A DNA stretch of 64,000 nt. It comes from Macrostomum lignano. Its lineage: Eukaryota. Shown piece by piece: positions 35,261 through 64,000 of this stretch. A program made the position numbers and the translations under genes. The notes below the pieces were generated by a model. The model made no database searches and was not told the DNA's origin. It saw nothing but the letters and a program-made list of their open reading frames with translations. Each line of letters starts with the position of its first letter. The first letter of the stretch is position 1. The stretch spans positions 29,912 through 93,911 of the forward strand of contig NIVC01003516.1 in NCBI GenBank assembly GCA_002269645.1, read 5' to 3'.

Positions 35261-36436
35261 TGCCGAATGTCCTTGAAGGGTTCAATTGAGGTCGAAATAG
35301 AAGGTTGCTCCAAGGTCAAGTAAGGACAAATAGTCGTTTGTTGGGAAGCGTCACTTGAGGCAAAGAAGGTCTGCCCGTTAAAAAAAGATACTGAGACAAG
35401 AATCGCTAAAAATTCGTTGCAAACGGCTCACGACACTAGTGACTTTTAACGACTGATTCGTCACGTGAGTAAGAATAAAGGCAGCTGAGATTACTTTGAT
35501 CAGCTTAGAAGCCAAGCTTGCAGGCGTAAACAGCTTGCTAATTGGTTCAGCCATAATGTACATTAACCGCTGAGGTTCTGTGTGGAGTTTGAGGATTTAA
35601 GCTTGGGGGGTAACAGCCAATAATTGAGCCTTGTCTTTAAAAATACATTAAAAATGCTTCAGTTTGCACGCAAATATGCTGAATGGCCCATCTAGTTAGT
35701 CTAGGCCTACACTGAGTGTTTATTGCGCAACTGTAACTCGGACTTTGTGACGCGTCTCGGAAGTGAGCTATAGCGCTTCTGCGACTTTTAAGTGCGACGC
35801 AACTGCGCTCTAAACACAACTCAGTGTTTCTACTCTACAGCGACAGCGAGTTGCTGATGAGGCCAGTTTAGGTTCAATTGAGGTCAACTTTGAGATGTAA
35901 CAAATTAGTCAACTGACCTTATGGAGTTTAAGTGTCGTATAGTGAGGTCAAATAAGGTCAAGATCAAAACGGTGTTCAAAAAGAATAATTGAAATGTATT
36001 GTAGACAGATTTTGCTTTTAATGCAGTTTTCATCTTCCTTTATTTTATCTGCATTTTCTCGATTGCTTGTCTCGCGTCTCTTTGAATCTGCTAGCTTTTT
36101 TATTTTGTCTTACCGTGAACACTACTGCCCGTAAGTAGCATATATTCAGTTGTACTAAATCCTTCACAAAAAATTGTTATGCACTAAAGCGCAATTTGAT
36201 TTCACTTAAACCAATAGCAATGAAAGTGTTGGTCAGGATTTGATCTAACAGGTGCTAAGTACATGCCCGCTTATTCAACCTCTTTGTTTGTTACCTTACC
36301 TGTCAATAAATTATTACATTCCATCGGTAAAGAAACAATTTTATTCCAGACTGACTACTTACTTGGCTGGAAAGTAGCCTTGTGCATTTTTTCGATTTCT
36401 AGTTTTATCTACACAGTTAAAGTCTGCTTTAGTTTG

Positions 36437-36783
36437 GCGCGGTCTGGCGCGGCGCTTTGATGTGCCAGCGGCCCGGGCTCGATTCCAAGTGCAGTCACGT
36501 TAATTTGAGGCTAAACTGGAATCTCTGTCTAAGTCTGCACTGAGGGCCAACCCCCAGGGCACAGTGAAGTGTACATGCCAAACGATAAATAAAGTCAGGG
36601 CCGCTGTACACTTCTGTGTGAGTGTGTGCCGGTGTGCGTATGACTGCGTACGTATCCGCGCGCTTGTGCGTCTGCTCAGGGGAGTCGGCGGAATGGGCAG
36701 CAATGTCTCTCGCCGGTTGTGTGACAATGTCGCTTAAAGTGCGCCAGGGTGCTCACAGCCCCCTGCCTGTAATAAAATAAAAA
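36437..36783 (+). mobile_element. SINE family A, copy 2 (5' truncated)
   Basis: Same body as 24998-25320; ends AATAAAATAAAAA. Confidence 0.7.
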
Positions 36784-36998
36784 CATTCTCTAAATTGGAT
36801 CCAGATGCGCAGGTGTCTTAAATTAAACAATTTAGTCATAGCTCTCTTTGAAAGCTATATTATGCTGTAAAATTTGCCAGAACCTGTCAACTTTGCTTCT
36901 GTGATCAACTGTTTATTGTTCTGCTTGCAGATTTCTGGCATCCAACTAGCGGCAGAGAGAATTAGCAAGAGAACGTACGGAGAAGAGCCAAAGAGCAA

Positions 36999-56628
<19,630 letters not shown>

Positions 56629-56779
56629 GTCGCTGGACTGCTCTTTTGCACTGCAGCTTGGAGTCCTAGATTTTAGGGCCTCTTCTCTTTTTTATCTTCT
56701 TTGCTGGCTGCTGGCTCTGACTTTGCTGATTTACTTTTTACCTGCGCTTATTGATGTTGAGTCAGGGCCTTAGCACCGC

Positions 56780-57622
56780 ACCTCACCCCGGACTCTCCCA
56801 CCCTCTCACCCCGGACTCTCCCATCGCTCACCCCGGACTCTCCCACCCTCTCACCCCGGACTCTCTCATCCCTCACTCCGGACTCTCCCATCCCTCACCC
56901 GGACTCTCCCACCCTCTCACCACGGACTCTCCCACCCTTTCACCCCGGACTCTCCACCCTCTCACCACGGACTCTCCCACCCTCTCACCCCGGACTCTCT
57001 CATCCCTCACCCCGGACTCTCCCATCCCTCACCCCGGACTCTCCCATCCCTCACCCCGGACTCTCCCACCCTCTCACCCCGGACTCTCCCACCCTCTCAC
57101 CACGGACTCTCCCACCCTCTCACCCCGGACTCTCCCACCCTCTCACCACGGACTCTCCCACCCTCTCACCCCGGACTCTCTCATCCCTCACCCCGGACTC
57201 TCCCATCCCTCACCCCGGACTCTCCCATCCCTCACCCGGACTCTCCCACCCTCTCACCCCGGACTCTCCCATCCCTCACCCCGGACTCTCCCACCCTCTC
57301 AACCCAGACTCTCTCCCTCCCACCCCGGACTCTCCCCCTCTCACCCCGGACTCTCCCACCCTCCCACCCCGGACTCTCCCCTCCCACCAGGGACTCTCCC
57401 ACCCTCCTCATCCTGGACTCTCCCACCCTCTCACCCCGGACTCTCCCACCCTCCCACCCCGGACTCTCCCCCTCCCACCAGGGACTCTCCCACCCTCCTC
57501 ATCCTGGACTCTCCCACCCTCCCACCCCGGACTCTCCCACCCTCCTCATCCTGGACTCTCCCACCCTCTCACCCCGGACTCTCCCCGCCCACCCGGACTC
57601 TCCCACCCCTCACCCTGGACTC
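56780..57622. repeat. ~23-bp C-rich minisatellite CTCTCCCACCCTCTCACCCCGGA
   Basis: Read directly. Confidence 0.9.
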
Positions 57623-59272
57623 TCACGCTGTCACCACCGACCCTCCAATGTTTTTGTCTGATTCTGTATAAAGTGTTTACAATTATGACATTTCATAATG
57701 CACAAAACATTTTACATGTACCGTCCAAAATAAGAATTTGTAGTTTTTTCCTATTTCTCTTAATAATTGACAAAAATGTAAACTTTTTTCACTGCAGTTG
57801 TTAACTTTATTTCAAACTATATTCATATTAATTAGTAATACGAATAACCTGCTGAATTTTGCGTATATTTAAAAGTACAAATCGTACATGTAAATAAACA
57901 GTGCTATTGTTTAAATCGAATATGTCTATACATTAATATAATATAGATTGCATATATTGAAAAGCAAGCGATGGGAATACAGAGAATTGCATAGCAATGA
58001 CAACCAAAAGTTGGAAGGCGGCGGCATGGCCAAAAGCAAGGCTGGGTGGGAACTGGGAAATCATTGTTGGAGCCGAGAAGGAAGATAAGAAAATATTATG
58101 TCATTGAAGAAGCTAGACTAGACAGAGAACTACTCAAAATTGGCAGTTGTATACACGAAAGGAGATTATTTGGATACTGAACACACCAGAAGCCGTTATA
58201 TCAGGTAACACAGGATAAATGGACTAAACGATTAATAATGACTGGGTACAGTGGTACGACTGTTAAATACTCGAGAAGCACCGCAATAAAAACCAAATAT
58301 TATAATTACCTCGTTACAAGAGTCATTCGACTAGTGCATTTCCAAACAGTATTAATAAGTAGTATTAAATACTACTAATACTTTGTGGCGCATATAGTAG
58401 ATAAACAAACAGAAAAGTTACATTTCAGTAGTGGTAATCACATCATTTTATTATTGCGCTAAAATAGGCACCGAAGCAAACACCAGTTTAATGGAGCCTA
58501 GTCAAATCGCGCTCTAGCCTAACGTACATCCATTCAATGTACAGTTCTATTAAATTCAAATCCTCTAGTCCGACAAATTACACACGCACTCCAGATCACG
58601 TGACTCAGCCTCAAATGTACATTCGTTCCCCCCGCGCCAAAGACCACATTTAGATTGTAAAAAACGGACAATTAAATAAATTACAACTACGCAACAACCT
58701 CAATGGGAATACTTACTGTACATGCAATTAAGACTTCTCTAGTCAACCAAAAACAGCTTGTTAGAGCAAGCAGGAGCCAGCAAACTCCGCGCCAATAGGG
58801 GGCCTTTGAGACTTCAAGTTCAAAATCCGGCTAGCTTGTCTGTTTTCAGCTTTCTCTCTTCTCTCCCCTCTTTTTTCTCTCTTCTCACTTTCCCATCTAC
58901 TCTTTCCTCTCTTCTCTCCTCTCCCCTTTTCTCTCCCTTCTCTCCCCTCTCCTCTTTCCCTTCTTCTCTCCCCTCTCCTCTCTCCCTCCACTCCTCTTAT
59001 CTTGTATCTTTTCTCCCAATAACATCTCTCGCCTCTCCTCTCTTTTCTCATCTCTCATCTTCACTCCCTTCTCTTTTCCACTCTCATCTGGCCCGCAGCC
59101 ATGTTTGCCGACCCCTGGTTTAAAGATGCATGCAATGCATGCATCAATAAGTCCAATAATACAACAAATACTCGTATCTAGCCTTATGTGATACTAATAA
59201 TACTCGTGGTAGAGTTGCTCGCTTAATTAATAGCAAATAAATAAAGCTTAAGATCAACATTTAAGGCGAAAA

Positions 59273-59309
59273 CCAACGCGTTTCAACCCACTAGGGCCGT
59301 CGTCAGGTG
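59273..59309 (-). ncRNA. Minimal type I hammerhead-ribozyme-like motif (Penelope-type)
   Basis: The minus strand reads CAC-CTGACGA-C-GGCCC-TAGT-GGGTT-GAAAC-GCGTT-GG: conserved core, stem II, palindromic ACGCGT stem III and a GUU cleavage triplet. Stem I is weak. Confidence 0.55.
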
Positions 59310-59918
59310 ACGACGGCCTCCGAGCGACCGGGACCGAGCGACGAGCAACCGAGTAAATGTTGATCTTAAGCTTTATTTATTTGCTAATAATACTCGAATA
59401 ATCGATTCCTACATGTAGAAAACAGGCACAAAGTTCACCGAGTCAACGGACTTCCGTGTTTGTTGGGGTTAAAAGTTTCTGACAAATGGAAGCTTCAACT
59501 GGATCACATGCGGCCCTCAAAGCCTCTCTATCCGGGCCTCGGGTCCTTTGAAACATCACAATGGCAACGCGGCCCGCTCAAGGTTTGTCTATTCTCTGCT
59601 CTCTACTCTTTAATCCTCTCCTCTCCTCTCCTCTCCTTTCTCTCCTCTCTATTCTCTCCCTTCTCCTATATCATCACTCCTCTACCCGCGTCTCTTCTCT
59701 TCTCCTTTATTCTCTCATCTCTCCTTTCTCATCAGTCACGCCTCCGATCTAGAAGGGAGGCCTGTTCGTCGCCTATTATTTCCTTAAAAAAATTTTGCAC
59801 TGCTCAGTTGAGAAGTTAGTTATACCCCTTTATGCTTCCTTATGAGTCCACATTCTTATTCTTGTAACAAATGGATCCAGAAGAGCTTTCATTGGGTCAT
59901 AACAGCCACCGTCAGCCA

Positions 59919-60415
59919 TCATTGACCAGCCAGAAACAGCCAGACGACAATCGCCGCCATCAAAGCTGCCCGCCAGCCACTGCGGTGTCTCCCAGCGCTA
60001 CGGGTTGCGCCACCTCCGCGGCCGCCTCCCCGAGCTCCGCCGGCCTCCTGCAGCCTGCCGCTGTCCGGCTGTCTCGACGGTCCGGTCTTGCCGCTGCCAG
60101 CTTCCTCGGTCTGTGAGCTGCCGGGGCCGCAGATCCACTCAGCCAGACCGAACTCGTGGCCTTTAGACGGCTTTTGCGGCTTAGTAGTGGCCGCCTCACT
60201 GGTGGCGCCGTGGTCCAGCAGGACGCAGCCGACCCAACGGCCGGGGAGGGCCTGCTCGATCACGGACCAGCAGGTTGGCAGGCTCTCGCACTTCCACATG
60301 CACAGCCTCAGGCTGACGCGCGCGGGTGCCGACGCTCCCTGACTCATGTCGGCCGCGCGCCACATCATTCGACTCTCGGTTATGTTCTGTTGAGTGGGGA
60401 ATGTGGCTCATTCCA

Positions 60416-60455
<40 letters not shown>

Positions 60456-61214
60456 TGGCAGTGATGAAAAATTCCGGTGTGTGCTTTTTAGTTTTGATTG
60501 TTAGGATAATTTGATACGAATTTTCTTGGACAAGAGTTGGGGCAGAGTGTGGGGCAGAGTTTGGGGCAGAGTTTGGGGCAGAGTTTGGGGCAGAGTTTGG
60601 GGCAGAGTTTGGGGCAGAGTTTGGGGCAGAGTTTGGGGCAGAGTTTGGAGCAGAGGACGGTGTCGGACAGGGACACTCGCCTGCAGGCTGGGCTCGTACT
60701 CGCCGACCGGTTCAACCGGACCATCCAGAAGCCACCGGAGCACCGCCGCGGCAGCTGGGTGCGCACCGACGGTGTCGACTGATAGACGCTGATGACGTTG
60801 TCGCCGCCGCAGCGCTGGCTGGTGTCGCCGTGCACCGCCTGCTGCACTGGTCCACAGCGAGCCGGCCTCAGCCAGCCGCATGCCGTCCATGGAGATGCCG
60901 CAGGAGCACTCGGTGCTCTTCAGGGCGGCAAACAGAAGGCCTTTGGTCAGGCAGAACTGGGCGCAGCGCTCCGGAGTGACCTGGCCGGTCATGCTGTGCC
61001 GGTAGTACGGCATCAGGTCGTAGTTGTCGCCCACCTGGCGCTCCGCTTTGTTCAGCACGTAGTCCGGATTGGTGAGAAAGTAGCAGCCCAGGTAGCGGAT
61101 GGAGAGGTCGGATGAACGCGCGAACAGGGAGGACGCAGTAGCGGGGAGACAGGCCGCCAGAGCAAGGCTTACAAGGGCCAGCAGACAGCTCGTTTGCGCT
61201 CGAATATTCTTCAT
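59919..61214 (-). CDS. Secreted WSC-domain protein with a probable PAN/apple-like domain and hydrophobic C-terminus; frameshifted in this assembly
   Basis: Signal peptide, RYLGCY...ERCAQFC...FAAL...CSCG, then in shifted frames DQCSRRC and GDTSQRCGGDNVISVY. The downstream exon (~60388-59919) has SLRLCMWKCESLPTCWSV...GCVLL and ends AALMAAIVVWLFLAGQ. The gene model is incomplete. Confidence 0.6.
60538..60648. repeat. 12-bp repeat GGGGCAGAGTTT
   Basis: Read directly, about 9 copies. Confidence 0.9.
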
Positions 61215-61404
61215 GCTCGACTATCTCTGCTGGGCAAAAACTCAACAAATCCTGAAAGCTCGAAATTTGCTGTTTTTCTCAGCCCCGCCCGCGGATAACT
61301 TCGGCTGAAGTCCGGGCTCGCCGATTTCGATTGACCAATCAGAGACCGGCTTGATGCTATTGGCTGTGGCGACTGACTGGGTGGCTTTATTCTGGTGAGG
61401 TGTT

Positions 61405-61752
61405 TTATTAGAGGCAAGAGGCTGTGTGCACCCTGGCGCACTTTAAGCGACATCGTCACACAACCGGCGAGAGGCATTACTGCTCATTTCGCCGACTCCC
61501 TTGAACAGGCACACAAGCGCGCAGATACGTACGCAGTCACACGCACAGGCACACACTCACACAGGAGTGTACAGCGGCCCTAACTTTATTTATCGTTAGG
61601 CATGTACACTTCCCTGTGCCTTGGGGGTTGGCCTTCAATGCCGTTAATTGCACGAGCAGAGCCAAGCCGAGATTCCAATTCAGCCCCAAATTAATGCGAC
61701 TGCACTTGGAATCGAGCCTGGCCGCTGACACATCAGAGCAACGCGCCAGACC
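61405..61752 (-). mobile_element. SINE family A, copy 4 (reverse orientation)
   Basis: Reverse complement of the shared body; the same spurious peptide RLDSKCSRINLGLNWNLGLALLVQLT appears in the ORF track at 43178 and 61537. Confidence 0.72.
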
Positions 61753-62409
61753 ACTTCATGTGAGGTTACCTATTTTAGATCAGTTTCCTTCAGATATTAT
61801 TTGACATGATAAAGCAGAGATTATCAGTACTCAACTGTCATGACTGATGACTGCACTGAACGATATGTAGCGTAATTAAGTTTGCAGAGGGTTCATCAAC
61901 CGTAGTTTTTCTGCTGAATTCAAACTTTATCAACAGTAAAGTTTTGTTCATTTCTACTGACAGTACTAAATAAGGCTTGCAATGTAAATTTATTGGTTCC
62001 AACTGCTTTGTTTCTAGAGAACTAGATCGTTGCAGGGTAGATAAAGCAGTGTATTTGGGGTTCTAAATTACAAGAACAACACAAAGACAAAGCAGGTCAA
62101 GGTTCGCAAGTACATGTAAGACGAACAAATAACACAATTCGCATTGAAAACTGCAATGAAAACTACATCAACGCAATAAGTGCAGAGCTAAAAAGGATCT
62201 CGTAAAACGAGATTTCCAGACTGCTGCTGTATCTTATTTTGTGTAGACATAATTATCAGCCAATAACAACCTTTAGCTCAGTCACTTCGAATCCATTCAA
62301 CGCTGCAGAAGCAGTCAGCAAGTATGGTTGGGATACTCAGTGTAGAAGGCTGTGGAAATGTCTCTCAGCTTAGGTGCATCCCATGCAGCAACCCTAAAGA
62401 ACATTTCAC

Positions 62410-62885
62410 AGCACCTAAAGCATCACCTACAGTATCACCTACAGCATCAGTTACAACGTCAACTACAGCATCACCTACAGCATCAGTTACAGCATCACCT
62501 ACAGTATCACCTACAGCATCACCTACAGCATAACCTACAGCATCATCTACAGCATCATCTACAGCATCACCTACAGCATCATCTACAGCATCACCTACAG
62601 CATCATCTACAGCATCATCTACAGCATCACCTACAGCATCATCTACAGCATCACCTACAGCATCACCTACAGCATCACCTACAACATCATCTACAGCATC
62701 ACCTACAGCATCATCTACAGCATCATCTACAGCATCACCTACAGCATCATCTACAGCATCACCTACAGCATCACCTACAGCATCACCTACAACATCATCT
62801 ACAGCATCACCTACAGCATCATCTACAGCATCATCTACAGCATCACCTACAGCATCACCTACAACATCATCTACAGTATCACCTA
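62410..62885. repeat. 12-bp repeat CATCA(C/T)CTACAG
   Basis: Read directly. Confidence 0.92.
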
Positions 62886-63096
62886 AAACGCTGCCCCTTG
62901 CCAAACCCCCACAGTGCGTCACGAATGGAGTGAAATGTTTTTTATTTGGCCGAAACAGACTGGCTTATCATTTTCACACACCAGGTCTAGGGGAACGTGA
63001 TCGGGTGAGAGTAAAAGTGATGGAGTACGGATGACAGTTTCGGATGGGCAATCCTCAATCTACAGACAGGAGAAGTCCAGCGCGAATCATTCGCAC

Positions 63097-64000
63097 TCAG
63101 TCCATTTCCATCGGATCTCCCTGCACAGGCGTGCCGCCGCCTCCCCCTGCGGCTGACAGACCCTGCAGATCTTCGTGGTTGAGCACGATCGCGCTGAGGA
63201 TGTCGGAGAGTGACACCACGCCGACGACACGTTGCTGATTGTCAACGAGGACCAGACGGTGCACCTCGGCGATCACCAGCTTCTCGATGGCGCACCGGAG
63301 GCTGTCAGTCGCTTTGCAGGTTGTGACGCCTTCGAAACGGTCGTGGCGATACTGGAGGGCCTCCTTCACGGGCAGGTCCAGGTTGTTGTAGGTCTTTGTT
63401 GCCGCCAGGTTCTGCAAAATTATTTGTGCACATTTTCAACCCGACTCGTACCCAATGTCTGGGACCCAAAATCCACGCTCAGTACCCAATATGTAATACA
63501 TGGAACCCACTTTACTCAATACTCGCTACTCACTACTCAATGCTCTCTAATCATTACTCAATGCTCTCTAATCATTACTCAATGCTCTTCTAATCACTAC
63601 TCAATGCTCTCTAATCATTACTCAATGCTCTCTAATCACTACTCAATGCTCTCTAATCATTACTCAATGCTCTCTAATCATTACTCAATGCTCTCTAATC
63701 ATTAGCCAATTCTCTCTAATCATTACCCTAATCAGTCAGCCAGTCAGTCAGGACTCACAATGACGTCAAACTTGGAGTAGATGTCCACAGCTGGCCGTCC
63801 ACACCCAGCACCGGCAGTGCGCTGACGCGTGGTGCTGAACGAACAGGCTCAGCACCTTCACTAGCGGAGTGGATTCGGACACGGTGAGAACCCCTGAGTG
63901 GGTGCCGATGCCCAGCTGTTGGAGAGACAGGTCGAGCCACTCCGGCATGGGCAGCTGGTGCATATTCAGGAAGATGTACTTCAATATGCGCTTGTGTGTC
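63097..64000 (-). CDS. PRKAG: AMP-activated protein kinase gamma subunit (CBS domains), last two exons 63759-64000+ and 63097-63411; partial, with two apparent 1-nt deletions in the upstream exon
   Basis: THKRILKYIFL, LQQLGIGT, VSALPV, DIYSKFDVI|NLAATKTYNNLD, EVHRLVLVD, VVGVVSLSDIL are diagnostic AMPK-gamma motifs. Phase-0 GTGAGT/TTGCAG intron. Confidence 0.9.
63525..63725. repeat. 21-bp minisatellite CTCAATGCTCTCTAATCA(T/C)TA in the PRKAG intron
   Basis: Read directly. Confidence 0.9.

Noticed and set aside
62324-62933. His-Leu-Gln repeat, Ala-Val-Gly-Asp repeat or mucin-like Ser/Pro/Thr ORFs
   Set aside because: A 12-bp tandem repeat open in several frames, with no flanking exon structure or signal peptide.

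Overview
Eukaryotic (metazoan) genomic DNA: GC-rich exons, GT-AG introns packed with minisatellites, and TTAGGG-type repeats. The architecture resembles the flatworm Macrostomum (inference only). Host genes reconstructed by hand: LRRC71-like (+, 14 exons, 2634-27042), a Gln-rich orphan (-, 27961-29429), TMEM43-like (+, 32622-35260), LRRC61-like (+, 36999-56628), a secreted WSC/PAN-like protein (-, ~59919-61214) and the 3' end of an AMPK gamma subunit (-, 63097-64000). The main discovery is a 9.7-kb element (5411-15110) inserted in an LRRC71 intron. It has a perfect 6-bp target-site duplication (CCAATG), ~1.2-kb terminal inverted repeats and ACTACT...AGTAGT ends. It encodes a spliced protein-primed family B DNA polymerase (OTU-like and Cys-rich N-terminus, 3'-5' exonuclease, VSR-like nuclease insert), a tandem PC4-like ssDNA-binding protein and one acidic orphan. 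I found no integrase, capsid, packaging ATPase or adenain-type protease. It looks like a minimal Polinton-related replicon (nuclear linear plasmid or satellite) integrated by an integrase supplied in trans. Introns interrupt all three polymerase catalytic motifs. Also seen: a Penelope-type hammerhead-like motif, two SINE families and about 20 distinct tandem arrays. Several single-base deletions in conserved genes suggest assembly errors.
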